A stretch of 63,862 nucleotides of DNA, filler included, from Choristocarpus tenellus KU-1152 (GCA_964200185.2; 12 parts of 12 records of this genome joined end to end with filler, not necessarily neighbours in it); one strand, 5' to 3'; positions 1 to 12,750 are shown, counted from the first letter of the whole stretch. The notes: generated from the letters alone by a model not told the origin. Made by a program: numbers and translations.

Positions 1-69
1 ACCCGTGAGAAGCCAAGCCCCAAATGGACAAACAGGGCAAAAATCGTACCCTCTAAGATACTTTCACTC
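1..69 (+). mobile_element. MITE family A, right end only (cut by window start)
   Basis: Ends ...CCCCAAATGGAC...CCCTCTAAGATACTTTCACTC, same as the terminus of full copies such as 8686-8943. Confidence 0.85.
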
Positions 70-1829
70 TTATGAAGTACCATAATGGTGCGTATTAACA
101 AATTGCCTGATCCCTACCTGAGCCATGCTCCTCATGAGCTCAGCGGACTTGCTCCACAACACCACAGCCTGTTCTGGCCTGTTGAGTCGCATGATATTTT
201 TCCCAGCCTGAAACAGTGGCAAGATTTGATTGCTGAAAACTTGCAGCTAGGACTGGTATTTTTTCAACAAAGGTTTCGATCTGTGTAGGTACCTTTATCC
301 GACTCTGATGGCATTACACATACTCTATATTGATGCATCATCCCATTGCAGTCTAAACAGCACTTGCCTCCATCAGTCGAAGACTTGGATGATTGAGAGG
401 AAGAACAATGTATTGATGGTGTACCCCGGGTGACTCTTGCATCTGCTGAGTCGAGCCCTCAGACGAGTCACTCGACCCCGTGCTCAGTGCATCCCTGCTC
501 GGAAAAAAACACATGCGGTCTTGTCAACAATATATTGTTTGTTCTTGTGTGCGCTTTTCGTGTCCTTTCTGTTGCGGTTTGACACACATATTATTGACAT
601 GCGATACGCACAACACTATGGTTCGAAATTCAATGTAACTCTCAATACCCACAAAGTGTTCGGGCAACAAATGAAGTAAATACTCAACGGTGCACACACA
701 TTACTACAATTTGTTCAGCAAACAAAAACCACCTGGAACGAGCATTCCTTGATAGTGTACTATTCAGAAAAAAACGACCCAACGATAACAAGTTTGCCCC
801 TCGCTTGGTAGTGTGATGCCCGTAAGTGGACATAAAAAAAAAGTTCAAATGCTTCTCAGTAAATCAGTGCAACTTCCTTGTCCATCCTTTTTGGTTGGAT
901 TTGCAATTGGCCAATGCTTATCACTGGTGCTTGTCTTCACAAGTCCGAAATAAACTCAATAAACAACTCTTCTTGAAAAAACATCTACAGTAACTGGGAG
1001 CAATTGATAAAAGCTAAATCCTAAACCTCACTTGAGTGACGGGGGGAGAAATACTCAAAAGCTGCCAGTTTTCTAGAGCTTCTCTGAACCATTTTGCAGC
1101 ATTTGACTATAGAACGTTTCTACAATCAGTAAAAACCACCTGCACAGTACTGGGTCGTTGGTATGGTCACCTTTCTTGCTCATCGATGCAATCCTCTTGT
1201 TCCATGACAGTATTATGCAGGTCAGTCGGAATTTCCATGGGCTGCACATCTCCAAGAAGCTGGACAACAATGACACACACAAAAAGAGGTATACATCAGT
1301 TGCACTTGGTGGCTCATTCATCACTCTAAAAAGCTTGCACATTATGGCCTGGGTTGACCTGCACACTTTTGAGACTCCTAGAACTTGGTGACTAAGGGAA
1401 AGAAGAGTGGGAGGACTGGATTATCTGCTGGTCAGTATATAGGCTGTCAAATGAATTTGAAGTGCAGCTTGTCACTGGTGCAGGCCTTCTGAGAGATTGC
1501 AGAGGAGGAGCAGACTTGAGTGGAACAACAATAGATAGAACTAATTGCATGATCCATGCACTGGTTTGTTGATGTGACAACGGAATGATGTATCCGGCAC
1601 AGTTTAAAAATGAGGAGCATACTAAGAGAATGCTTCTTACAACAGCAAAAAAAAAATGGGATGAAGAAAATTGGCAATTTTGTTCACTATATGAACATCC
1701 CACAGAGCCTTTTGTAGCTTTCTTTTTAGTTCTTGCCTTTTTCAGGTTGACAACAATCTTCTTCCTCTCGTGCTTACAAATATTCACCACCTCCAAGGTT
1801 GATCTCTGTGTTTCATGGTGATGCGCAAG

Positions 1830-2850
1830 CTTGTTCCTGAGGATGCAAACAAGCAAAGCAAAAGGTATAATCCGACTCACTTGTGTCTGTGTCTGTGTCT
1901 GTGTCTGTGGCCATGGCTGTCTCTGTCTGTCTCAAGATATTCGCCTCAATTTTGAGATGTATCAACTGTTGAGATTCCTCTTCATCATGTACAATACTCT
2001 CCATGCTGCACTTATGCCTATAAGAGGTCAATGGTCCAGAAAGACTGCTTCAATCTTTGCCCCAACACGTTGACTTTCCAAAGGCTATAAAGTGACCCAG
2101 CAAATAATTTGAAGGAGAAAATGTGCCTCACCTCTTTTCATTCGGCTCAAACAGATTTTTTTCTCTGCATTGGTCCCTAACAGAATTGTCATCCTTTTTC
2201 AAGTCCAGTTCGGAATCTTCTACTTCTCCTTCTCGGCTGTTATTCTCATCTTCCTCTCCCACACACGACTGCCCAAGCTTAGTTCCTTCTCTTGTGGCCT
2301 TCATCCCACTCTCAAGAAGGAACTGACTACTTTGTACACTTTTGTTTGGAGAGGAAAACTCTCCTGTCTTACTTGTGCCAACTGTCTTCCCCTGATCTAT
2401 ACTGTTGGGTACAGAAATTGTTTGACCGCAGGAATCTATGCTGTTGGTCTGCAAATCTCCAACATGGTTTGCCTGCTCATTGCTTCCCTCTCCCAAGGTT
2501 GAAGAACGTGAATTAGACATGCCTGCTACCTTGTCACAGGCCTCGTCCTTGGCCACATCAGCTAGATCAACAACAAGAGGTTGTATTGCTTCCCACTTGT
2601 GATGTTCTGTGCTGTACAATGGCTTTCAGGTTGCCAGTTGAATGCAATATCACAGTTTTGCAAACAGCCACATCAGAGTGTTGGGGTATTGGATACAATT
2701 AATGACTTTCCATCAAGTTTCTTGAGGCCGATACATTGGGACCATGCCAAAAAAGGCAAACGTTCACCCAACGGAACAAGAAATCGAAGGAATGAGGGTA
2801 CACATTGGTCTTCAGTGCATGAGTCTGTAGCCAGTATTCTCTGGGGATGG
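1830..2850 (-). pseudogene. Decayed Cys-rich ORF, possibly a Sola-like transposase N-terminus
   Basis: Across stops and frameshifts it reads ...L*CGCLQNCDIAF...AIQPLVVDL...[acidic/Ser-rich insert]...AAWRVLY; motif order resembles the relic at 12100-12750. Confidence 0.3.
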
Positions 2851-2894
2851 TACTTTCACTTTGAAGGGGAAAACAAACAAATCAAACAAACAGT

Positions 2895-3130
2895 GTTTTG
2901 TGTGAAAGTAAGTGTTTGTCAGAGGGGCGTGTGTGGTATTATGTTAGACTGGCGTTTTTTCAAAAGAAGATGAAAAAAGCACTAAAACGGGTGTTGACAG
3001 GAATAACTTGCTTCTGCAAAGTGAATGAATGTAACCGCAAAACAGTCAAAATGCACCCCACTACTGAGGACTATGTGCTTCAAGAACGTCTGCCACCAGT
3101 GTGTCAGAGGGACCCTTGCCATTAGAAGTA
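2895..3130. repeat. Degenerate relative of MITE family E (TIRs lost)
   Basis: CAAAAGAAGATGAA and CTTGCTTCTGCAAA...AAAATGCACCC blocks are shared with 63077-63321 and 63369-63632. Confidence 0.5.
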
Positions 3131-3940
3131 GCTCACGTTGATTGCGCCATTGATTTTCCAATTTACATTATGTTTTTATTTTTTCTGAAAAAAAAACCAG
3201 TGGTACTTCGGTTTTTATACCACTCCTGTCTTTGCTAGAAAAAAAAAAACATATACGTTTCTGATCGTGGAAGAGTTTCTGTTCAAGGGTACGTACCCTC
3301 TAATTTGTTGGAGGGACTTGTAAGGTTATCTGAGTTCGAGAAACATGACAAAGTCTGGCGAACTATTTCGGACTACCAGTTGCTTGCCTCCGGCAGAGAT
3401 CTCGTAACTGTTTACGGGTGTGTCGAAGAGAAAGGGTTAGGGTTACCTCCCCAGAGGACAGACAGTGCCAACAATTGGAGTAGCGCCAGCGGCTTCCCAG
3501 AAGTCAGTAGCTCTTTTGCGTTAACGAAAAAATCTCACCAGGGCACTCATTCACACCTTGGACTGTTTTTTATGTGGGTGGATGTCTCGATGCCTCCTCA
3601 CCACTGTCTCCCCAGACCAAAGATCAATGACGCAGGACATACTGTGCAGAGAACTGCTTGACCACTCAGCAAGGCTGTGCGGCGCTCTCAGAGGCCTAGC
3701 ACCTAGCGTTGTTGGAGGTAGTGGGGACTGTGTGGAATGCACTAGGCCGCTCTTCCCTACGAAGCAGTCGCCTAATGTGTTGCCAACCAAGGCACTGGCA
3801 GCCCAATTGAACAAAGCTCGCAGAATAAAATATCCAAGTTTTAAAAAATCAGCGATACCCACATCACAGCAGGAGAAGCACAGTGCCCGAACAAAAAAAA
3901 TCTCTTCCTTTCACAGCAATATTGAACTCTCTCATCTCGT

Positions 3941-4190
3941 TCTTGGAGGGTACGAGTTTTGGCCTGCTTGTCCGTTTGAGGCTTGGTCTCCCCCGTTTTT
4001 TTTTTTTTGATGACATAAACATATTCCGAAATATTTCAGAGTAGGTAAAATGTATACGTTGTGAAAAGGAGTGTCTGGAACAAGGATGTTGACACCTCCT
4101 AACAAGCACAAGAGACAAAATGACATAAAAATCACATTGAATTTTGACCCCCGAATGGACGCAGTTCTACCCTCTAAGATAAATTGACTC
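3941..4190 (-). mobile_element. MITE family A, one TIR truncated
   Basis: TCTTGGAGGGTACGAGTTTT...CCCTCTAAGATAAATTGACTC; internal sequence matches family A. Confidence 0.85.
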
Positions 4191-5590
4191 TCTTGCTCGC
4201 AGTTTCAACAGAACTACCTCCAGCTTTGGGATCTCGCTTGAACGACACTATCCTTGATGGTAGGCGGTAGTACTCCATCCAAGCGTGGAGTCGTTGGAGG
4301 AGGTCACGGTATTCCTGTGGTTTGTTGTTGAAGGGTGTGAGCTCATACCAGATACATAATGTTTACGGTGTAGAGGTTATCATGAGAAGAGAGTCCCATT
4401 CATATTTTTGTACTATCTAGGGATATCTGGGGATGCTGAACTACAATATAGAGTCATCTCATCTTTGAGGGGGCTGTCACTGAGCGTTTGGGCTGCTTGT
4501 GACTGCCCTCTGGTATTCTTACTTGTAGTGCTCTAAATGGCAGTTTCGCTCTTACATAGACGAATGTTCATCTTCTCTTCTGCATTCACAGCCTACTAAG
4601 GGGGGTTGCAATTGCCAGAATTTCAAAAAGCCTAGAAAAATGGTTCAAGAAGCCTAGAAAAATCAAAAAGCCCAAAAAAGGCCCTCCCCAAAGATAAGGC
4701 GGCTGGAAAAACGAAGGGCTTAGTTGGTCAGTTCTTCAGCATCCCTTACAGGTAAGCTTGTGAATTATACCAAGCTATTCTTGACTGCATCAGAAAGACT
4801 CAGGTACTTTCTTCTATGTGGAGATTTCGTTTTGGCATCAACCACCCTGAAGCTACCCACCATAACTAGCTGCAATCCCAAGCATGTTAGCCATTTTTGC
4901 GAATACACTTCTGGCACAGTAGACAGTTGGGTTAAAGAGGAGATAGGCGTTACTCCTAGCACCAGCCAACAACAAGTGAGTGTAGCTGAGATAGGGGAGC
5001 TGTGTGTTTGTGTCCGTGTTTATGATTGTGAGTGTGAGTAAGGACCGGACTATTCTCGCCCCTTCTTAGCCCAGGTGTCTCTAAACTTGAGCCCATTATC
5101 CAGATCACTGTCATTTGTTTGTGTCAGGTCTTGAGATTGAGGTTGATACAGATGGGCAAATTCTGAAGAGCTGCCCGTGAAAAGCTGCACAGCTTGACGC
5201 ATGTGATCAGAACTTTGAATGATCTGTTTTTACGAACTCCTTTTTTGAAACCAACACCCTGCAAAAGAGGACCCTCGAATTGAAAACTTTTATCTTCCTC
5301 AACCAACCAGATTTTACGTGATACTCATGGCCCACTACCATCGTAGTCAGTATAATTTCTTCATTTTTTTTTCTTATTTTCATGTTAGTCTGAGGGGCCT
5401 CGGAGCAGCCATCATAACATAACATAGAGGAGAATGAATAAAAAAAATGCAAAAAAACCCCAAACAAGAGTGAAAAGAAGGAAGAAGAAAATCGACATAA
5501 AGTTGGAAGTAACAATGACAAAGCGAGCAAGTGAAGCATTCATTCCCAACCCTGAATACACAAGGGCTTTCCCAGCTCGGAATGGCCTCT

Positions 5591-6640
5591 TCAATGTCCT
5601 AATGTACTTTTTTTTGTACTGAAACTCGTATCTGTTTGGCACCTTGATCTTCTATCGTTGGGTGCAACAACACACCCGTCGTGATGATAGTATTCTGCCA
5701 CTACACACCTGCGGAGCCCCTTGCGCTTCTTTCCATTGACTCTCCTTCTTCTCCTCAGACATGGCTTTAACACGATAGTAAAATGTAAACGCCTGCAAGA
5801 GGTGTCAGAAGAACAGGCAGTGCCAAGGGGTGATGCAATAATGAAATCTGGGATGCCCACTTTTGACAGCTGTGTTGCCCGCCCCGTTGAGTAGCAGAGT
5901 ACAGCCATCCAGTATCACATTCATTTCACGCTCCAAACCTTGGTGAGGTAGTTGTCCCTGATGAGCCTGGTAAAGACCTTCAGAAACGTCTCCTCATCAA
6001 GCCCAGCTTGTGGAGGTCTCTGAGACCGTTCCTTAAGTTGTGCTTGCGTCATTTCGGATGCTCCTAGGCCCAAAAAAGCAGCCGCAAGGCTTACCGTTTC
6101 TCCAATGTCCTGCCAAATGATTTTTGTGGAGGATTTTATCTATTGTGAGACCCAGACGTCGGGTCTGCTGCTGCTCGAAACGGAACAAGAAATTAAGACA
6201 GCCACGGGGTAAAAAATGTCAAGCATCTTGGGTGATGTTTGTATCACCTTCATCCCCCAAGACCAAACGCATGGGCTCTCAGGCATATAAAATGATCCCC
6301 CCTAACATGAGATGTTTCTGAGACGCTGTTCCTTCTTGTCCAAGAAACAAAGCTTCTCTTCACACAATGAAAAAGGTTTTGCCAAGTACATGCTAAAGGT
6401 CCTCTTGTTGCACCCGTAAACACTTCATTTTTGTTTTTCACACTCATACCACACACGCTTGCCTCAATGGTGAGGTTGGGAAACAGTCGGGTGTCACTGA
6501 TGAAGAGTAAAAGAGCATCGAAGGACAAAAGAGATACGGTCTTCTCCTCCATCTGTCCCACTTCCTCCATCCGCTGGTCTCTGTCTGCTCCTGACACCGT
6601 AAGAGAGGACAGAATTGAGACATTGATTGCCACAGGCAGA
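5591..6640 (-). pseudogene. Decayed coding region of unknown identity
   Basis: Protein-like stretches (PPQAGLDEETFLKVFTRLIRDNYL; ORFs 5591-5908 and 6250-6699) broken by stops; no family recognised. Confidence 0.2.
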
Positions 6641-6649
6641 GCAGAAACA

Positions 6650-6824
6650 GGCTCAAAGTATCTGGGGCGGGGGGTGGTGGCTGTCCATTTGGGGCCCATT
6701 TTTCCATGTCACAATTTTTGAGTGAATTTGGTTCAACACTTCGGGTGGATAATGTAAGTTCACTTCTCCTGGTCAGGGCAAGAATGGACACCCTGGTGTA
6801 GACCCCCCCCTGATACTTTGAGCC
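6650..6824. mobile_element. MITE family B, complete, TSD AACA
   Basis: AACA|GGCTCAAAGTATCT...GATACTTTGAGCC|AACA. Confidence 0.9.
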
Positions 6825-7170
6825 AACAGCGTACATGGGGGGAGTGTCAGAAAAAATATTTGAAAACACATGATCATAGTACCCATGGTACTCAAATAAG
6901 ATTACAAGAGCTTAGATCCGTTGAAGTTCGTCTCCACTTCTTGATTTGAATGATGCTGTATCCAATCACGTGGATGGCACTGTTGTGAGGATCTTTTGAC
7001 ATGCAACTGGGGGGATTGTTTAGCGTTTTGGATTTGTTAGTGCAGTTGTGAATCAGAGGAAATCAATCGCCATAATCGATTTGCTACGATACACGGGCAC
7101 ACCATGATTGATCGAAATCGGAAATTGGGGGGCGATTTTTAACTGGCTATATTTCACGCATGTGTGTACT

Positions 7171-7282
7171 GTATATAGAAATGCAAGTTTGATTCAAAAT
7201 TAGTATATAGAAATGTAAGTTTTGATTCAAAATTAGTATATAGAAATGTAAGTCTTGATTCAAAATTAGCACATAGAAATGT
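7171..7282. repeat. Minisatellite, 32-33 bp unit, about 3.4 copies
   Basis: GTATATAGAAATGYAAGT(T/C)TTGATTCAAAATTA in tandem. Confidence 0.9.
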
Positions 7283-7534
7283 TTCTAACTGGTGTAACAT
7301 GTACTCAGGAAAGCTATGATTCACAATGCTGCTGGGGCTGTTGGTCCTTCTCTTAGAACGATCAATGCAAGTAAGAATTGGACCCGTTCACACGTTTTGC
7401 ACTGAACTACACGGAAAAAAATGATCTAAAGGGGGATAGCAGTGTGGGCACTTGAATGGCGCATGAAGAGGTAAATTATGTCATTATATAAATTATAACC
7501 CAAAGTATCTGGGAGGGGGGGGGGGGGTACACCA

Positions 7535-7634
7535 NNNNNNNNNNNNNNNNNNNNNNNNNNNNNNNNNNNNNNNNNNNNTTAATTAATTAANNNNNNNNNN
7601 NNNNNNNNNNNNNNNNNNNNNNNNNNNNNNNNNN
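7535..7634. other. Artificial contig linker (N44-TTAATTAATTAA-N44); others start at 13273, 16377, 21175, 28770, 31416, 36791, 44025, 48848, 52726, 59491
   Basis: Identical 100-bp structure 11 times; the 12-mer puts stops in all six frames. Confidence 0.98.
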
Positions 7635-7803
7635 TCAGATCGGGGGGGTGGTCGGCTACACCAGGGTGTTCATTTGGGCCATAACCAGGAAAAGTGCACT
7701 TACATATTCCATCAAACGTACGCACCCAAATCACCCAAAAATTGCAAGATGAAAAAATTGACCCCAAATTGACACTTGCCACCCCCCCCAGAAACTTTGA
7801 ACC
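7635..7803. mobile_element. MITE family B at contig start (another B end at 7497-7534)
   Basis: TACACCAGGGTGTTCATTTGG...GAAAAGTGCACTT...CAGAAACTTTGAACC. Confidence 0.8.
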
Positions 7804-7816
7804 ATGTGTATAAAAA

Positions 7817-8133
7817 ATGTTTCAGGTAGAAGGGTAAGCGTGCTCGATTTTTCTTCAGTTAATCAACTAAGGAAAAGGATGTTTTGGGGGTGTATTTGAC
7901 GATACAAAAATAACATCTAGTGTGCCGATAAAGTTGGAGGCTCATGGGGATTTTTGTGTGGTTTGTGCAAGCGTCTTTGCCGTTGATCGTGCGCAGTGTT
8001 GGGGTGAGGTTTCCCTACGGAAATGTTAGGTGTATCAAGCATGTTTCGGGTAGAAAGGTAAGCGTGCTCGATTTTTCTTCCCTCGATTGATGGAAGAAAA
8101 GGATGTATTGGGTGTGTGTTCGACGATACAAAA
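7817..8133. repeat. Imperfect direct repeat of about 93 bp (7817-7910 and 8041-8133)
   Basis: ATGTTTC(A/G)GGTAGAA(G/A)GGTAAGCGTGCTCGATTTTTCTTC...GACGATACAAAA occurs twice. Confidence 0.8.
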
Positions 8134-8145
8134 ATATCTTTTTTT

Positions 8146-8476
8146 CCTAACCTTAACTTGTAGGCTCGTGTGGCGAGCTGGGTGGTTGGTGGAGAAAGGT
8201 TAGGTATATTTGAGTTAGGGTTAGGGATATCTGTTATAGGGGGCTAGGGTTAGGGTTTTGTGGAAAGGAATAAAGGCGTTCCGAAATACTGGATGTCGAT
8301 TAGGTGATGGTTGTGTGAGCATACCAACTCGACGCCTGTGTCGCATGAATAGGGGCATCTTTCTGAGTATCCCAACTTTGGTTCGTTGCTGCAGATTAGT
8401 CCCTTCCATTGTGTTTTGGAAGGGAATGGGATATGCGCGGGTGGTTGCGCAGGGTTCATCTAACCCTAACCCTAAC
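8146..8476. repeat. Short interstitial telomere-like TTAGGG/CCCTAA arrays in both orientations
   Basis: GAGTTAGGGTTAGGG and GGCTAGGGTTAGGG at 8212-8256; TAACCCTAACCCTAAC at 8461-8476. Confidence 0.6.
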
Positions 8477-8685
8477 GATTTCCTATTTATATAAGGCTTT
8501 AATGGTGAGGATGACAAACATCGAACGTTACGCAGGGATACGGCGTGTCGACGATTTCTCTTTTGAAGATATTGGTTCAATATCGTGTAGGATAGAATAA
8601 AGATTCTTCTCTTATATCGTATGCATAATTGTCTCATGTTTGCCGTATTTTCTAAAAGCCCCCATTTCATGGGTGTATGCGAAGT

Positions 8686-8943
8686 GGGTCAAAGTATCTT
8701 AGAGGGTAGAGCCGCGTCCGTTTGGGGGCCAAAATACAATGTTTCGCTTTTGATGTAATTTTGACTATTGTGTTTGTTAGGAAGTGTCAATATCCTTGTT
8801 CCGGACACACCTTTTCATAAGATACACATTTTACCTACTCAAAAACATTTTGGAGTAGGTAAATGTAAAAACAAAACATGGGAAGCCAAGCTCCATACAG
8901 ACAAAAGAGGGCAAAACTCGTACCCTCTAAGATACTTTCACTC
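8686..8943 (+). mobile_element. MITE family A, complete (TSD AAGT/GAGT, one mismatch)
   Basis: GGGTCAAAGTATCTTAGAGGGTA...TACCCTCTAAGATACTTTCACTC, 23-bp imperfect TIRs. Confidence 0.9.
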
Positions 8944-9572
8944 GAGTGGTGATGGGGGGTGAGTCGTACCTTTTGGGTATTGTGGGACGGGTACCTTGGG
9001 AGTCGGCGGGTTGAACCCCTGTGTTGGCAAGGTCTCGTAATGGCCGTGGGATGGCCATCCCACGTGTGAGATGTGATGGTTCTCGTCCTTCCCGTGAAAG
9101 CGCTGGAATTTTGCTTAGATGTTCCGCCTTGCTTGCTTGCTTGTTGTGTGTGAGCGAATGAGGAAATGGCTTGAGGTGGGGCGAGTTTAATGGACGGTTT
9201 CTTCTTTGTATGATTGTCATTTTTTTTGTATATGTGAAAACCTTTCTGCAATGGGTAGATTTGATGTGAGGAGTGATGAGATGAAGCTAGTTTTGGGCAG
9301 AGAATAAGATCCGAATATTTCCACAATGAGGTTCTATTTTCTGTTATGGATCGAAAATGTTGAAGAAAAATGTCACATACATAACGAGAATTAGAAAAGT
9401 GATTCAACATAATCTTAGAGTGGATGTTATGGATACACTAAAGGGATGTACCTTGATATCACACTATGAGATTTCAAGTGTAACATCAAAATCCGATGTG
9501 TTGATGACGTTGCGGAAGCACCAAAATCGAGAAATCCGTCTATCTTCAAAGTGGATGATTGTATCGAAGAAA

Positions 9573-9763
9573 GACCCAAATTATCTGGGGGTGGGGGGTG
9601 GGGGGTGGGGGAGATGTACACCAGGGTGTCCATTTGGACCAAGACCAGGAAAAGTGCACTTGCATTATCCATCCGATGTATGCAACCAAAACATACAATA
9701 ACTGCGACATGAAAAAATTGACCCAAATGGACAGCTGCCACCTGCCCCCAGATACTTTGAGCC
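9573..9763. mobile_element. MITE family B, complete, no clear TSD
   Basis: GACCCAAATTATCTGGGG...CCCCAGATACTTTGAGCC. Confidence 0.85.
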
Positions 9764-10066
9764 TTCAACGACATCACCAGAGAAGCATTGACGCACTAAA
9801 ACCCAATCGTCGGAGGATACTTGTGACCTCATGAGTTGGTTTACATGTGTCGATTCGTGCGAGTCTAGGTGTTGGCGAGGCTGCAGTAGTAGGTGTAAGT
9901 TTTTCACGAGTCGTATAAATGAACGTGGTGTCATATAGTGTGGCGAATAATGTCATGGATATTGGAGTTTGGAGGTGTGTTTCTTGGTGCGACAGGGTAT
10001 TCCATGAAATAAGTTGCAGAATTATGGATGGGTGTGTCTGTTTTTCAGGACAGAAATTTAGAAATT

Positions 10067-10226
10067 GGCTCAAAGTATCTGGGAGGGGGTGGTGGCTGTC
10101 CATTTGGGGTCAATTTTCTCATCTCACGATTTTTGGGTGATTTCGTTGCATACGTCAGATGGATACTGTAAATGCACTTTTCCTGATTATCATCCAAATG
10201 GACACCCTGGTGTGGACCCCACCTCC
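10067..10226. mobile_element. MITE family B, one TIR missing
   Basis: GGCTCAAAGTATCTGGGAGGGGGTGGTGGCTGTCCATTTGGGG...CCAAATGGACACCCTGGTGT. Confidence 0.8.
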
Positions 10227-10399
10227 TGTTCGTAGATAGTGCTGCTGATACACTATAGACACCACTGGTGGAGAGCCAGTGACAGATATATTATATGTAC
10301 TGACTAATAGTGTTGATTGGTTATATCATGTTCAAGATACACTTCCTATATTTCAGATAAGTAAATAAGTGATTCATAGTAAATTGGTGTGGACGATTA

Positions 10400-10560
10400 G
10401 AGCCAAAGTATCTCAGAGGGTACGGCCCCGTCCAAATGGGGTCTCGGATCCGATGTGACGATTTGTCATGTAATTATATGGGAAAGCGTCTTAGTTGGCG
10501 AGTGTGATGAACCCCCGGTCCACTGGGGCACCTTTCAGAAGTTGCTTCTTTTTGGTTTTG
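10400..10560. mobile_element. End of a longer family-A-related TIR element
   Basis: GAGCCAAAGTATCTCAGAGGGTACGGCCCCGTCC, then about 130 bp of diverged family A-like sequence; no partner TIR at MITE distance. Confidence 0.6.
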
Positions 10561-12099
10561 TCAGCATATATCAATTGTGGCGAATTGCTGGTGTCCCCAT
10601 TTATTGTGGTTTTGGACATGCGATGACGATATGTCCGTTTGATGAATTTGCGTTTAATTTTGGAATTGGTGGCAATTTTGCCGAGTTTTGATGGTAGGAC
10701 AAATTTTGCCCAGCAGGATAACATCGAGTGCACAAACGCAGCAAGAATGCACGGGTCGCTGCGAGGACAACCAAGCAAAGAACAAGCGGAATCCTTTGTG
10801 GCGCATAGAAGAAATAGGATTAGGAGATATTGCCAGGAGTATTATTCTATTTAATTTTTGGGGGAGGATGGCATTGTCATTCTAGTTTGATGGCGATGTA
10901 TGTGCAATGTGTTAGTTTCTGTTTTAGTTATTTCTACTTATTATGTGCAATGAGATGACAAATGCCTTGAGAAGATGCGAACAGATGGGGTGGATTCCTC
11001 GGTAAGAATGAACTAAGCATATTTGTTGCGCTCTGGTGGGGTGTGGTATCATAATGAACCGGTTCTCTCATTGAGATTTCATCGTAATTTAGCGGTTAAC
11101 TTGGGATGGAACAACTTAAGTGTTGCATATTTCAACAAAGTGAGGCAGAAACACAGTAAGAAGAAGAAGACACAAGGAATAAGCGAATGGCCTCAACATC
11201 GAACTGGAGTCGTTTGTCCTATACCCATTGTGCTGGTGCATATAAAGAAAGAGATGTGAGTAAATAAAATGGGTATTGTGCAAATGTAGGTGGAGTATGA
11301 CAAAGTTGCATTTCCATACGAATTTCATGGCAACTTTTGGTCAGTTCGTGAGGGTAGGGTCGAGTTACTTGGAGGATGGCAGCAGGTGATGGACAAGTAT
11401 GCAGGAAGAATGTGCGCGGAGGCGGGGGTTAAACGTAAGTGGATGGTAGTCCTTGCCTCTGACCCTATCGAGTGTAGTGCGTGAAAAAACATAGATCTAC
11501 GGTTGCATATGTTAATACATGTGGCATTAGATAGTGTTTAAAAAAGCTGTTAGCCTCAAGAAAATGGAGGTGTACATATGATGACCCTTGAAGCATTTGT
11601 CACAGTGCATAACTTTTGAACATGTTTTTACACGAGATAGGATACATTTTCACACCATAGTGGACACCACACAAACGGCCATTTGCACATGTCGTGGGTG
11701 AGTCGAAATGTTTGCTATATATAACAGACTCAATGCAGGGTAAACGTGCGCGAAAGTGGGAAATTGAAATGAGAACGAGATGCACTCCTGTGCTCTGATC
11801 TTGTTAAATGAAGTGCGTTGAAAAAGCACATGCCGAGTGGGATATGCTAACGAGTGTAGCATTAGATAAGTAGCAAAAAACAATTAGCCTTTGGAAATTC
11901 GAGGTGTACCTAATTTCACCTTTGAAACATTTCTCAAAAAAAACTTTTAAACACGACTTTGTCCAGGATGATAAAAATATGACCTTAGTGGACACCACGT
12001 ACATGGAGATCTGCAAGTGTAGGTGAAACCTGAAAACATTTTCCATTTCATAGACTCGATACACACTGAAGGCTTTCGTTGGAAACTGTCCAACTCTGA

Positions 12100-12750
12100 A
12101 GTACATAGGCGAGAACAACTCGTGAGGCCTTGAACATGTGAGGAAGCACTTGTCCTGATCAAGAGAGGCTGAACTGTTGCAGAAGACACACGCAAGACAT
12201 CGTCAAAAGAGAATGGAACAATCAACCATAACACACATCCATGCCCCCAGTCCAGCAAAATCATTTGAAACACAAAAGAAACACAACTACTCGATTAACC
12301 AAGAGGGGCTGTTGCATTACCCAACACAACGAATTCTACACTCTTGAAAAGAGTAACATCTGCACTACCTACGCCAAATCATTCGAGGTCTACATTACAT
12401 TGCCATCCACCTAACACATGAGTATGGAATGTACATCTTGGGTCTAAAGATTGCATCAATTTTTTGGGAAGAAAGCATCGACAACAAACATCGATCTGTC
12501 TCAACACATAGCAACCGCATTTTACACACATTCGAAACGCATGTAATTTATCGACCAAGAGAGGTTGAACTGTTACTCTAGGAAAAGGGAAGTATAATGC
12601 TTCCGCGAAGATAACATGGTCTATCTCATGATCTGAAAAACAATCAAGCCCACATTGGCAGTCACTCTTTAGGAGCGTAGGCCGTATGTTGTGCCTAGGG
12701 GTTGCAACAATCTCTAAGGAAGGTGATTCGCGATAACACATCACAGTCTC
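12100..12750 (-). pseudogene. Decayed tandem Cys-rich modules, Sola-like transposase N-terminal signature
   Basis: DCQCGLDCF...TVQPLLVDKL...CYVLRQIDVCCRCFL; second module PLLVNRVVVFLLCFK*FCWTGGMDVCYG; third ATVQPLLI. Confidence 0.35.

Noticed and set aside
5958-5990. CTGATGAG...GAAAC as a hammerhead ribozyme
   Set aside because: Stem II does not close next to the core, no stems I or III were found, and it lies antisense to a coding-like relic.
7171-7282. 32-33 bp repeats as a CRISPR array
   Set aside because: The units are directly adjacent with no unique spacers, there are no cas genes, and the context is eukaryotic.
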